From the IMG/VR virus record IMGVR_UViG_3300012259_000001, positions 108,177-128,176 of that record: DNA of 20,000 nucleotides. One strand, given 5' to 3'. The number at the start of each line of letters is the position of its first letter. Position 1 is the stretch's first letter. The stretch is from an uncultured virus (IMG/VR IMGVR_UViG_3300012259_000001) (lineage: Duplodnaviria > Heunggongvirae > Uroviricota > Caudoviricetes). The notes under the pieces are model-generated. The model saw only the letters and a list, made by a program, of their open reading frames with translations, was not told where the DNA came from and made no database searches. A program made the position numbers and the translations under genes. Of this stretch, positions 7,674 through 16,680 are shown in pieces.

Positions 7674-9194
7674 ATGCCCAACATTGTTTCTGAGATCCCC
7701 GAGACGTATAACTCGGTGACTCGTCCGGTATGTGTTCAAATGATCAAAGACCTGGTGGCTTATATGGGGTTGCCGAAAGACACCGGGATCGATTATTACG
7801 GCGTTACTGAAGCACAATACCAATCGGCCAGCCCCATGGACCCCACTGCTGAAAACAAGTACGGTTTCACTGGACGGGTTTATGTAGAAGTGGAGGAGGA
7901 GTATATTGAAGAACGTACCCTCACCACCGCGGTTCGTAAACCGAACGAGCAGTTCATTTTCTCAGACCCGGCACTGGGCATTCACATCAAACCCGTCTAT
8001 GTACGGACAGAAGTCGCGATCAGTTTCCGCTACCGAGCACCAGATCGCACCAGTGCCCTGCGGTGGCGAGATCGCATGCGTCTGAAGGTCTCTGAAGGCC
8101 AACAGGAACTCTTACACGAGTTCGACTACCACTACCCCCTCCCTAAGGCCGAACTACTCATCTTGCGCGAACTGTGGCGAATGAGAGAAGCCGAGCACGG
8201 TTATGGAGAAGATCTGAAATCGTACCTACGAGCACACTTCAGTCCTCGGGTAGTTTCGGTTACTAACCAAGCGGGGCGCGGTGCACTGTTGTCCATGGCT
8301 GAACGTCAGGTAGGGGTCATCGGCTGGTTTGACTTTATGGCACAACCCGACAAAGGCGGTGCTGCGAGTGAAGGGGCTCCTTGGGAGATCGGATTCGAAT
8401 ACCGATTCCAGTACGACAAGCCCGTGGCCTGTGCGATGCGGTATCCGATTGTTGTCCACAATCAGGTGGTGGATCAGAAGTACCGTCAAGAGAAATTGAC
8501 CTACGAACTGGTCAACGTCGCCCGCCGACCAAACGATGAACGTCGTCACTTGGACAAGTTCACACGTCTGTACACCGATGTACTCTATCCCTTCAAAGGG
8601 GTACGCATTCCGGAGTACGATGACTGGGTTGCTACTACCCAGTTTAAGAACATGTACCCGGTGCTGACTTTGTTGATGGGCGTCAATCCTGAAGACCCTC
8701 GTGAATTGTTCAGTCTTAAGGAGTTGGGTACACACGAGTTCACACCACAAGTTCTGGCGTTTCTGTCAGACGAGTGTCGATACCTACACCTGCCTGCACA
8801 GACTGTTTTCAACCTCCATTTGTTCCATGGTGACACCCGAATGGAGGAGACGGTTTTGACAGTGGATGCCGATCTGAATGTGCGAACCACAGTTGACCTC
8901 GATCCTCGTAAAATGTACCACGTGGTGATGACTATCTGTGATCTTAAGATCCTGAGTCCTCAGACGTTGGAACGTTTGCGTCAACATGGTCAAGTGGCGC
9001 TGGATTTGGTCAAGGTACTTTACCCTCAAAAGCCCATCGACCCCAAAGACACTAAACTGCTCGGCGATAAATTACTACCCCGTAAGACGCTTCAACAACT
9101 CCTTGATCGCACCAGTCGACAAGCAACGATGCGGACTGTGGGTAGTTACAGCATCATCGTCCGACCGAAGGAAGATCTCCATGCCGATTCTTAA
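7674..9194 (+). CDS. Virion structural protein, phiKZ gp98-like
   Basis: Start moved to ATG 7674 (SD AAGGAG), 506 aa. Motifs SVTRPV, IFxDxxLGIxIKPVY, YHYPLP, YPIVVHNQ and IPEYDDW; first gene of a tightly coupled operon. Gene number is from synteny. Confidence 0.65.
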   Translation: MPNIVSEIPETYNSVTRPVCVQMIKDLVAYMGLPKDTGIDYYGVTEAQYQSASPMDPTAENKYGFTGRVYVEVEEEYIEERTLTTAVRKPNEQFIFSDPALGIHIKPVYVRTEVAISFRYRAPDRTSALRWRDRMRLKVSEGQQELLHEFDYHYPLPKAELLILRELWRMREAEHGYGEDLKSYLRAHFSPRVVSVTNQAGRGALLSMAERQVGVIGWFDFMAQPDKGGAASEGAPWEIGFEYRFQYDKPVACAMRYPIVVHNQVVDQKYRQEKLTYELVNVARRPNDERRHLDKFTRLYTDVLYPFKGVRIPEYDDWVATTQFKNMYPVLTLLMGVNPEDPRELFSLKELGTHEFTPQVLAFLSDECRYLHLPAQTVFNLHLFHGDTRMEETVLTVDADLNVRTTVDLDPRKMYHVVMTICDLKILSPQTLERLRQHGQVALDLVKVLYPQKPIDPKDTKLLGDKLLPRKTLQQLLDRTSRQATMRTVGSYSIIVRPKEDLHADS

Positions 9195-10590
9195 TCCCAA
9201 AGCGCCAGCACCCGCTCCAGAGAAAAACCTGGGCCATGCCGTTGCGCCTGAAATTCAAAGTAACGTGGTCGATACCCGGTACCAACCCCATAAGTCGCTG
9301 TTGGCGTACGTGGAAGGGGCTAGCTGGATTGTCAACTACTATAGTCAAATCTTAGGTAAAGACGATGAGGTCTCTGATCTCCAAGTCAACCAAGAGGCGG
9401 CCTATCAACAATACCGTTTGGTAAAGCTTCTGGAACTCAAGGTTACCGGCGAGCTTTCCCAAAGCCAAGATGCCAATACCCGCACGTGGGAAGTGACTGG
9501 TGAAGCCACTGTCTACGCAGGAGTGATTCCTAACGTAGGTGACGCATTCATTGCAGACATCGGCGACGGTAAAGAAGGCCTCTTTACCGTTACGGCTTCT
9601 GAGAAGAAGTCTCGTCTTCATGATGCGGTGTACACCATCTCGTACAAAATGCGTTCTGAGATGGATGACTTGCATCGACGTGACCTCGACAGTAAGGTTG
9701 TGGTGGAACAGGTGTTTGTTAGAAACACCCTCCAAACCAATCGTAATGCCACCCTGGTCACTACCGAGTTCGAACAACTGGCCAAAATCGAGGCAGGTTA
9801 CAAACACTTGGTGATGCATTACTTCCGAGACTTCTTCAACATCGAACACCAAACGTTATTGGTGCCCGATCAACCCGAGAAGCTGTACGACCCCTTCTTG
9901 GTCAGTGGGGTGTTGTCCACGGTTGAGCAGAGTGAACACCCGCTGATCTACCGGATCAAGGTGTTGAACGTTGAACGCGATCCGGCTTTTAAGGAAGTTA
10001 ACCTGTGGCAGTGTTTGGCGCAGAACAACGTGGATCTGTTGACCATGGCTTTTTATCAAGCCGGGGTGGCACCACGCGAACGCTTCAACGAACACCCCCA
10101 GTTCAATGGGTTCTATTACAGCGGTATTGAATCGATTGTCTACCCCACCGACAAAGCCAATCTTAAGGTGGTAGATTCGACACGCAGTGATCGGACTGAT
10201 TACCAAGGATTGAACTACGGGTGTGAATACGTAGACCCACTGATACCTGAACGTATTGTGGGAGGTTCTCGTCGCAGCAACGACCTGAACAAGATCCTTC
10301 AAGCCAGCGCCAACCTTGCAGGCTTTGAAAAGGGATCGGGTAGTGAGCCGGTGTTGATTCATCCGGTGACCATTGATGACTTCTACGTCCTCAGTCGGGC
10401 ATTCTACTACCAAGAACAAGGTCAATCCGTGTTGGAGTTGGTGACGCGCAATACCTTGGAAGGCAAGCCTGTGGATAAAGCCGATCTGTTACGATTGGTA
10501 GAGTCTGCTAAGACTTGGCCCAACCTTGAGCGCTTCTACTACATCCCACTGGTGTTGATCCTCATCAAGTACGCCATGGCAGATTACTAA
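9181..10590 (+). CDS. Virion structural protein, phiKZ gp99-like
   Basis: Start moved to ATG 9181 (SD AAGGA), 469 aa, overlapping the upstream stop. Motifs SLLAYVEGASWIVNYYSQ, PNVGDAFIADIGDG, YVLSRAFY and LERFYYIPL are recalled from jumbo-phage virion proteins. Confidence 0.65.
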   Translation: MPILNPKAPAPAPEKNLGHAVAPEIQSNVVDTRYQPHKSLLAYVEGASWIVNYYSQILGKDDEVSDLQVNQEAAYQQYRLVKLLELKVTGELSQSQDANTRTWEVTGEATVYAGVIPNVGDAFIADIGDGKEGLFTVTASEKKSRLHDAVYTISYKMRSEMDDLHRRDLDSKVVVEQVFVRNTLQTNRNATLVTTEFEQLAKIEAGYKHLVMHYFRDFFNIEHQTLLVPDQPEKLYDPFLVSGVLSTVEQSEHPLIYRIKVLNVERDPAFKEVNLWQCLAQNNVDLLTMAFYQAGVAPRERFNEHPQFNGFYYSGIESIVYPTDKANLKVVDSTRSDRTDYQGLNYGCEYVDPLIPERIVGGSRRSNDLNKILQASANLAGFEKGSGSEPVLIHPVTIDDFYVLSRAFYYQEQGQSVLELVTRNTLEGKPVDKADLLRLVESAKTWPNLERFYYIPLVLILIKYAMADY

Positions 10591-11178
10591 ATGATCATCG
10601 AAAAACCTGGGCACACCCCCGCCGAAAAGATCTTCAAATACTACGTCGATTGCATGATCCCACAGCTGTATCTGATCGACCAATCGTTTGCCGAACACTT
10701 CGGCCTGCACACCTCGATGGATGATGCTGTGGACAACGGACGTATGAACGCTCCTGTTCCTGCGCGTCTGACGGTTGCGCAGATGGCGGATAAAGCCCGC
10801 CAGGGTGCCCAGATTGCACTGATCAACCCCGATGATTCCAAACAGATCTATGAATGGATTCGGGACCACATCAGTGACTGGCACGATGCTCTGTTGTTAG
10901 ACCCCAACCGTCGCGATGCACCGGTAGAGGATCTGGCCACCTTGGAAGAGTTCGCCGAACAGCTCTTCCCCATGGCTCGGATGTACATGGAAACCCAACC
11001 GACCAATTCCAAGCTGTTCAATGCTCTGGATCGACTCAACAGTCGTCGTGGTGTTCGTCGACGTGCGTCCCAAGAGCAGGCCGAGATGCCAAAAGTGGAT
11101 TATACCCACAATGCGCTGGCGCACGCTATTACGGACATGGTCGATAAACGCGGAGGTAAGGACAGTGCTGGAGAATAG
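10591..11178 (+). CDS. Conserved jumbo-phage protein (phiKZ gp100-position)
   Basis: 195 aa, TAAATG-coupled to the upstream gene. Motifs IYEWIxDHIxDW and APVEDLxxLEEFA. Confidence 0.65.
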   Translation: MIIEKPGHTPAEKIFKYYVDCMIPQLYLIDQSFAEHFGLHTSMDDAVDNGRMNAPVPARLTVAQMADKARQGAQIALINPDDSKQIYEWIRDHISDWHDALLLDPNRRDAPVEDLATLEEFAEQLFPMARMYMETQPTNSKLFNALDRLNSRRGVRRRASQEQAEMPKVDYTHNALAHAITDMVDKRGGKDSAGE

Positions 11179-12505
11179 TTCCTTAATCAACGCTGTGCGG
11201 GAGGTGACGGACAGCCGTACGCCACTTCCCCAGTATCGCTACAGTTGTAGTGTGCGCTTACCGGACGGTCGTGAATTGGTGCCGTTGCGGGTGGTGTCTA
11301 CTGACATTGCTCGCGACTACCTTAAGACCTTTGCCGATGAGTCGTATATCACAATCGTCTTTGGGGTGGGGACGTACAGCAAATACATCTATCCCAATAA
11401 AGAGCGGTTGTCGGTTCAGCTCACTCGTGAAGTCATTGGGGATCACAGTACAGCTGATGATGAACCGATCATCACCCGAGAGTACAAAGCCGTCCTCTGC
11501 GAAACCAAGGACATTGCGGCCGCTTCAGGTTCGGGCATTCTGGATAACGTTGAGGTCGCTGACTCAGCCAACGTTGCCAATGTACGCCTACAGTTGATCG
11601 ATCGATCGGTTGAGTGGTTGCGGTCTGTTTCAGTAGGCGGGAGTTTCCGTAAACGTACGGCAGCAGATCTTCTATTGACACTACTGACGGTCAAGACCCA
11701 AGAGATTCCCCGTGAAGTGGTGGGTACTCAAGGACGTGTGGACATGGTGCCACCAGACAACCTTGAGCCTCGTGACCACATTGTAGTGCCTCACGGTAAG
11801 CCGTTGGTGGAATTGGCTGATTTCCTTCAAGAAGAGTGTGGGGGGATTTATAACACCGGGTTGGGTATTTACTTACTGGCAGGTGACTGGTATGTATGGC
11901 CAGCACTTAACACCAAGCGTTTTGACCAAAGTCCTCGTGGACTCACGGTCATTAACGTACCAGAAGAGAAGATGCCGAGTATCGAACGGACGTGGCTGAC
12001 TAAAGGGAATCAATTGATTGTCTTGTCGACGGGTCGCACGGACATTACCGATACTTCAGATAAAGCAAAGCTGGACAAGGGGATTGGTATTCGGTTCAAC
12101 GACGCCAAAGGTCTCTTAGACAGTTTTGTACACACTGTCGGTAACGTAGCTAAAGCCTCTCGAGGCAAGAACGTTACGGAGGTGTTGATTGATCAAGCAG
12201 TGGAGGGATTGGCACACGTCACACGTGGGGCCAAAGCAACCAGTAACTTGTTTGCTGAGTTGTCTAAGACGGTCTTTCGCAAGGGCAACAATGTAACTGC
12301 CACGTGGGAGAACTCTGATCACACCCTGCTTTACCCTGGCATGCCTGTACGTTTCATGTACGAGCATGAAAACCAAGTCCGCATTCGTTATGGTGTTTTG
12401 GTGGGAGATCAACACTTTATCTCGATGGAAGGTAAAGGTGGCACGAGCCAGCGGTTTAAATCCAACACGGCGCTGTATTTATTCCTGGATAAGGAAGAGG
12501 AGTAA
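11165..12505 (+). CDS. Virion structural protein, phiKZ gp101-like (possible baseplate hub)
   Basis: Start moved to GTG 11165 (SD GGAGGT), 446 aa. Motifs FLQEECGGIYNTGLGIY and WENSDHTLLYPGMPV; the latter resembles C-terminal strands of hub proteins (inference). Confidence 0.6.
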   Translation: MLENSSLINAVREVTDSRTPLPQYRYSCSVRLPDGRELVPLRVVSTDIARDYLKTFADESYITIVFGVGTYSKYIYPNKERLSVQLTREVIGDHSTADDEPIITREYKAVLCETKDIAAASGSGILDNVEVADSANVANVRLQLIDRSVEWLRSVSVGGSFRKRTAADLLLTLLTVKTQEIPREVVGTQGRVDMVPPDNLEPRDHIVVPHGKPLVELADFLQEECGGIYNTGLGIYLLAGDWYVWPALNTKRFDQSPRGLTVINVPEEKMPSIERTWLTKGNQLIVLSTGRTDITDTSDKAKLDKGIGIRFNDAKGLLDSFVHTVGNVAKASRGKNVTEVLIDQAVEGLAHVTRGAKATSNLFAELSKTVFRKGNNVTATWENSDHTLLYPGMPVRFMYEHENQVRIRYGVLVGDQHFISMEGKGGTSQRFKSNTALYLFLDKEEE

Positions 12506-12507
12506 CG

Positions 12508-13110
12508 ATGTTCATTGTGTTTGAAGGCGGGGAAGGATGTGGCAAGACCACACTGCGGCGGGCCGTAGGGGAGCGTCTGGAAGCAATGGGGTACAAAGTC
12601 ACGTACACACGTGAGCCTGGTGGGACGCCGTTGGCCGAAGAGATTCGAGCGCTGGTGCTGGCTCACCGTGAAGAACGCGTGGACGTCATGACGGAAGCAC
12701 TACTGTTCTTTGCAGCCCGTCGTCAACACGTTGAACGAGTCATTAAGCCTCGCTTGGGTGAAGGTCACATCGTTCTGTGCGACCGTTTCATCGATTCGAC
12801 CTATGCACTCCAGTGTCGTGGTGGTGAGCTTTCTCGTCACACGTTCAACGCGTTGGTCAAGACTACGCTCGATAACTTTCGTCCAGACCTGACCGTAGTG
12901 ATCGATATTGATCCCGAAGTCTCCTTCAAAGGGGTGCGGGAACGTGGGGCACTGGACCGGATGGAAGCCAAAGGGTTGGAATACCACCAACGGGTGCGTG
13001 AAGGCTTCTTGGATCAGATCGCCGCAGATCCTAGTCGGTACTACCTGATGTCGGGTCATCGCGACTTGAACAAGATGGTTGATGAAGTCATCAACCGTTC
13101 TGGCTTGTGA
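12508..13110 (+). CDS. tmk: Thymidylate (dTMP) kinase
   Basis: FIVFEGGEGCGKTT P-loop, TREPGGT, EALLFFAAR, VLCDRFIDSTYALQ, PDL and DRME motifs. Confidence 0.96.
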   Translation: MFIVFEGGEGCGKTTLRRAVGERLEAMGYKVTYTREPGGTPLAEEIRALVLAHREERVDVMTEALLFFAARRQHVERVIKPRLGEGHIVLCDRFIDSTYALQCRGGELSRHTFNALVKTTLDNFRPDLTVVIDIDPEVSFKGVRERGALDRMEAKGLEYHQRVREGFLDQIAADPSRYYLMSGHRDLNKMVDEVINRSGL

Positions 13111-13112
13111 CT

Positions 13113-13154
13113 GCATAAAAGCCTACAGGGAGGCTCACGCCTCCCTGTATGCCG
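13113..13154. terminator. Bidirectional hairpin between convergent genes, flanked by TATGC on both strands
   Basis: TACAGGGAGGC-TCAC-GCCTCCCTGTA (13124-13149). TATGCCG on plus at 13148-13154; GCATAAAA at 13113 reads TTTTATGC on minus. Confidence 0.75.
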
Positions 13155-13162
13155 TTTGCTAC

Positions 13163-13681
13163 TTAGTACTCAAAACCATTCAGGTCTTGGTTCGGCAGTA
13201 CGCTGCTCAGCTCAACCGGCGGAGCCTCGTAAGCCAGGACGGTGATCTCTACGGAACCGATATAGCCGTAGCTACCGTCGATAGCCTGAAGAGTCAGGAC
13301 CTGAGAGGTTACGCCTTCTTCGAAAGCAGGGATCTCGGCGACGGTGAATTCGACTTCACTGTCAGAGACCAGCAGCTGACCAACAACGTCGGCTTTGACG
13401 TCAGCCAGAGTGGTGGTCTCACCCAGTTGAATTTCGATCGGAGCTACCGGAAGACCAGCCAGATCCAGACGGGTGTAACGATGAGTCTGAGAACCCACCA
13501 TACCACTGCCCGGTTGAGCACTGACCACGATCTGGGTGTTGCGTGGATTGACCCCCGTCTCATCCACGAATACCGCAGGTGCACCGATCGAGATCTGCTC
13601 AAGAGTGAACGCTTGGGCGTTGTCCGCATTGACCAGAGCCAGAATGTTTTCAATACCGCTTTTCAGGATATCGTATTTCAT
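13163..13681 (-). CDS. Small virion structural protein of a jumbo-phage paralogous family (tail/baseplate-associated)
   Basis: Start moved to ATG 13681 (SD AAGGGG), 172 aa. Pattern RNT-x-I-x-V...G...YTRLDL...S-x-x-Y-I-G and C-terminal LSSVLPNQDLNGFEY is recalled from jumbo-phage virion families. A late-type motif lies upstream. Confidence 0.65.
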   Translation of the reverse strand: MKYDILKSGIENILALVNADNAQAFTLEQISIGAPAVFVDETGVNPRNTQIVVSAQPGSGMVGSQTHRYTRLDLAGLPVAPIEIQLGETTTLADVKADVVGQLLVSDSEVEFTVAEIPAFEEGVTSQVLTLQAIDGSYGYIGSVEITVLAYEAPPVELSSVLPNQDLNGFEY

Positions 13682-13740
13682 GGTTTGTTTCCCCTTTGGT
13701 TTCCTACTGCCCATTTAAAGTGAGAGTACGTGTCCCCTCT

Positions 13741-13750
13741 CATACCATAC
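13741..13750 (-). promoter_or_regulatory. Candidate late promoter GTATGGTATG
   Basis: CATACCATAC on plus, about 60 nt upstream of ATG 13681(-). Confidence 0.55.
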
Positions 13751-13788
13751 CTGAAACCCGCAGTCGGTAATTAAACACATTTGAGACA

Positions 13789-13804
13789 TACATTATAAAA
13801 GTGA
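13789..13804 (+). promoter_or_regulatory. Candidate early promoter TACATTAT-AAAA-GTGA
   Basis: Same architecture as 6100-6115 (TAYATTAY-N4-GTGA); sits at the head of the accessory region. Confidence 0.5.
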
Positions 13805-13826
13805 CTCTGCTACTGGGTGTTGTATC

Positions 13827-14318
13827 ATGTTGGTGACTGTTGATGTATCGGACCTACATTTGGGATCTAATCATCTGTTTCGTCTACTAGAACCTTACCT
13901 GCTTGATTGTGCCCTGAACTACTGCGCCAGCTACCGTTATATGGAGTATGAGAAATTCCATACCGAGATGATTGAATACCTCTTTGACGGTACGCTTTGG
14001 GATGAGGACTACAATGACGACATCGTGGTGATGGATCGTATTAACGACCTTGAAGAACACGAGTTCAATTCGTTGGTGATGTTGAGCTATTCGGTGTACT
14101 TAAGGGTCATTCAGTACTTCTCTCACATTTGGAAGATTCAGCCATTAAAGGAGTCGGTCTTGGTCATGTACCAAGGGCAACTCAAAGACTACCGTTTGAT
14201 TCAGGTGGAGATCGAACTCGATGTCCCTGATCACCTGATCAGTGCGGTGCACAATCAACAACAACTTCGTCGTAAACGTAAAACCCCAAACTTAACCTAC
14301 ATTCCTCAAGGAATCTGA
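13827..14318 (+). CDS. Hypothetical protein
   Basis: 163 aa, first ORF after the candidate early promoter, abutting the next gene; basic C-terminal tail. Confidence 0.7.
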   Translation: MLVTVDVSDLHLGSNHLFRLLEPYLLDCALNYCASYRYMEYEKFHTEMIEYLFDGTLWDEDYNDDIVVMDRINDLEEHEFNSLVMLSYSVYLRVIQYFSHIWKIQPLKESVLVMYQGQLKDYRLIQVEIELDVPDHLISAVHNQQQLRRKRKTPNLTYIPQGI

Positions 14319-14319
14319 G

Positions 14320-14931
14320 ATGTTTAAACTGATCGAAGACCGCATCAATGGTGAAAGCCGTTTCTCCCAAATCCGTGGGAGTTACCTTGGTAATGGCGAA
14401 CTCGACGCCGAAGTTTTAGCCGAGGTAGGTGACCTTATCAACAATGGGGCGACTGGCTTTGTATTGGCTTGGCATCCTGTCAACGATAACAGTGAGGATG
14501 TGATTCAGTATGCTCGCATTCTCCAAATCCCTCAACCCCGAGTCATGCGCACTGTGGTTATCGAAGGGGTAGATGGTGTCCCGGTGACCGTCTCACCAAA
14601 CCTGTCCCCTGATGTCCGCTATGTAGTCATCGGGGATTTGTCTTTTTATGACGTTGCCGAATACACGGTGATGCGTAAGGAAGTCGAAGACATCTGTGTG
14701 AAGAACGCTCGCCCTCGTGCGTACTTCTTGGACGGCGGTGAACTCTGTGACTACTTCACCCTGAATTACGCTGCTTTCGATGACAACAGTGTGTTGTACC
14801 CGACTGTCCCTAGCATCTGGATTGTCGACAGTGCAGGGCGCCATACCTGCCGTGCGTTTACACCAAACTTCCGTCCCGCAACTTTGGAAGACCTGGAGGA
14901 CCTTGACGATGACGACAGTCACACTGACTAA
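14320..14931 (+). CDS. Hypothetical protein
   Basis: 203 aa, SD AAGGA, acidic C-terminus. Confidence 0.75.
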   Translation: MFKLIEDRINGESRFSQIRGSYLGNGELDAEVLAEVGDLINNGATGFVLAWHPVNDNSEDVIQYARILQIPQPRVMRTVVIEGVDGVPVTVSPNLSPDVRYVVIGDLSFYDVAEYTVMRKEVEDICVKNARPRAYFLDGGELCDYFTLNYAAFDDNSVLYPTVPSIWIVDSAGRHTCRAFTPNFRPATLEDLEDLDDDDSHTD

Positions 14932-15175
14932 GTGCGGTTACCAAGACGCACCCATGGTGGTACTCACCTACCAGTTCGAGGAAGAGTTGTTCATCAAAGG
15001 GGTGTTGGAGCACCCTGACTTCCACGTCCCTGAACAATACAACATTGACTTGGTCTTCTTTGAACGAGAAACCTACGGTTGGCCTGTTGAGATCGTGCGT
15101 CAGCGTGAAGACGGTCATGTCTACAATGTGCGGATCGGTTATCTCGACCAAGACCCCGCCAATTTGAATTTGTAA
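14909..15175 (+). CDS. Hypothetical protein
   Basis: Start moved to ATG 14909 (SD GGAGGA at 14895-14900), 88 aa, MTTVTLTKCG... Confidence 0.7.
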   Translation: MTTVTLTKCGYQDAPMVVLTYQFEEELFIKGVLEHPDFHVPEQYNIDLVFFERETYGWPVEIVRQREDGHVYNVRIGYLDQDPANLNL

Positions 15176-15186
15176 GGAAGTAAACC

Positions 15187-15465
15187 ATGCGTGGTACCCA
15201 ATGGAAAGCCTTTATCGACAAAGCCATCAACACGATGGAAAACCACCCGAAGGATGCAACCCTGTTGCAAAATTTGGGTGTGGACCGACTTGCGTCGCTG
15301 GCCTTGCGTGTAGTTGAAGTGTTTCCTCACTACCGTGACTCTCACCCGGAAACCACGCAACGGTTTTTGTCTCTGGTAAAAGAATGGCCGTTCCGCAGCC
15401 ATATCGAATTCTTACCCCCCGAAACCGTTCAGGCTTTGGTCGAAGAGTACAACTTGCAGTTATAA
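15187..15465 (+). CDS. Hypothetical protein
   Basis: 92 aa, SD TAAGGA. Confidence 0.7.
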   Translation: MRGTQWKAFIDKAINTMENHPKDATLLQNLGVDRLASLALRVVEVFPHYRDSHPETTQRFLSLVKEWPFRSHIEFLPPETVQALVEEYNLQL

Positions 15466-15531
15466 AAAACTAGCAAGTCCCATACTGTGAGCAAAAGCCT
15501 TTAACCTTAACCTCCTCGAAGTAGTCAGACT

Positions 15532-15732
15532 ATGGCCGCTATTAAGACCATCGCATGTAAGCAACTGTACACCAAACTAGCCTGTAAGGGCTATCACGTT
15601 CAAGCCATCCTGCGATGTGTGGAGGAACTCACCCCCGTTGAAACTGAGCCGGTTGTGTTATTTAAACTGGATGACGTGGACAACTGGATTGTTGCTAACG
15701 CAAAAACCCCTACCCAACCCACAAGGAAATAA
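15532..15732 (+). CDS. Hypothetical protein
   Basis: 66 aa, fills the gap and ends 6 nt before the Nudix gene; weak SD. Confidence 0.55.
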   Translation: MAAIKTIACKQLYTKLACKGYHVQAILRCVEELTPVETEPVVLFKLDDVDNWIVANAKTPTQPTRK

Positions 15733-15738
15733 CGACCT

Positions 15739-16620
15739 ATGTCGAAGAAAGAACTGATCCTCGTTCATCCCACCGCTCAGATCAATGACCTGTTCCCGAA
15801 AGAAGGCTTTGCTACCGGCACGGACATGGCCCCGAACTTCGCCAACATCCAGCAACTGGAAGCCGCTCTCAATGAAGGGCTGGCCATCAAGCGCCGTGAG
15901 GCGGTCGAAGAAAACTCGGCCTATCGTCACCTGCTCCCCTACGTCCAGATCTTCCGCGTGAACCCCGAAGGTGAACTCGAGGTCTTCGTCTACCAGCGTG
16001 TGAAAGGTAGCGGCGAAGAACGCCTGCTGGGCCGTCACTCCATCGGTCTGGGCGGTCACATCAACGTCAGCCATGCTCAGTTCTACGATGCCCACAGCAG
16101 CCTGAACCTCGGCATGACCATCATGTACAACGTGATGGAAGAGCTGTGTGAAGAACTGACCCTCAACGGTCAGCCGATCATCCAAGCCCTGCTCGACGAA
16201 AACATCCGTGCTCAACCGAGCATCTACGGCTACCTGAACGACAACAGCGACCCGGTCGGTCAGCGTCATCTCGGCGTGACCATGCTGATGATGATCCCTT
16301 ACGGTCTCGAGCCGGTTATGGGCGAATCCTCGGCTGTCGGCTTGGGCTTCATTGCACTGAGCAAGCTGCGCCAAACCCTGGATCAGTACAACTTCGAAAA
16401 CTGGTCGAAGCTGTTGATCGAAGGTTTCGAAGACGGCTTCATCGAAGACCTGACTCAAGCCGGCATGGCGGCAGCTGTCCAGCTCGCCGAGTTCAAAGCC
16501 CAACAGGAAGAGGCCCTCAAAGCGCTGGTTGCTGTGGGTGGTGTTGAAGGCGTGCAAGAAACCCAAGAAACTGTTTCAGAAGAAGGCTGTTCGGCCGAGT
16601 GTCAAGCTGAACGTCTGTAA
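15739..16620 (+). CDS. Nudix-family phosphoesterase (COG4112/YmaB-like)
   Basis: Motifs RxxxEENxxYRHLLPY, VFVYQRxxGSGEERL, SIGLGGHIN, EELCEEL, GYLND...VGQRHLG and ENWS. SD AAGGA and strong codon bias. Confidence 0.85.
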   Translation: MSKKELILVHPTAQINDLFPKEGFATGTDMAPNFANIQQLEAALNEGLAIKRREAVEENSAYRHLLPYVQIFRVNPEGELEVFVYQRVKGSGEERLLGRHSIGLGGHINVSHAQFYDAHSSLNLGMTIMYNVMEELCEELTLNGQPIIQALLDENIRAQPSIYGYLNDNSDPVGQRHLGVTMLMMIPYGLEPVMGESSAVGLGFIALSKLRQTLDQYNFENWSKLLIEGFEDGFIEDLTQAGMAAAVQLAEFKAQQEEALKALVAVGGVEGVQETQETVSEEGCSAECQAERL

Positions 16621-16633
16621 CCCGTAAACGTAT

Positions 16634-16667
16634 CAGAGTGGGTCGAAAGGCTCACTCTGCTATGCCA
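16634..16667 (+). terminator. GAAA-loop hairpin without U-tract, followed by TATGCCA
   Basis: CAGAGTGGGTC-GAAA-GGCTCACTCTG (11 bp with two G-U pairs); TATGCCA at 16661-16667. Confidence 0.65.
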
Positions 16668-16680
16668 TCAAGGAATGAAC

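Noticed and set aside
8986..9180. Longer starts in the ORF track (also 11021, 7641, 1995, 13714, 14780, 7115)
   Set aside because: They overlap neighbouring genes or regulatory sites and lack SDs. Downstream starts are better supported by SD and spacing.
13845..13865. VSDLHLG resembles metallophosphoesterase motif I
   Set aside because: The later GD, GNH and GHxH motifs are absent.
15454..15490. Possible sigma70 promoter (TTGCAG...CATACT)
   Set aside because: The 21-nt spacer is too long, and there is no match to the phage motifs seen elsewhere.
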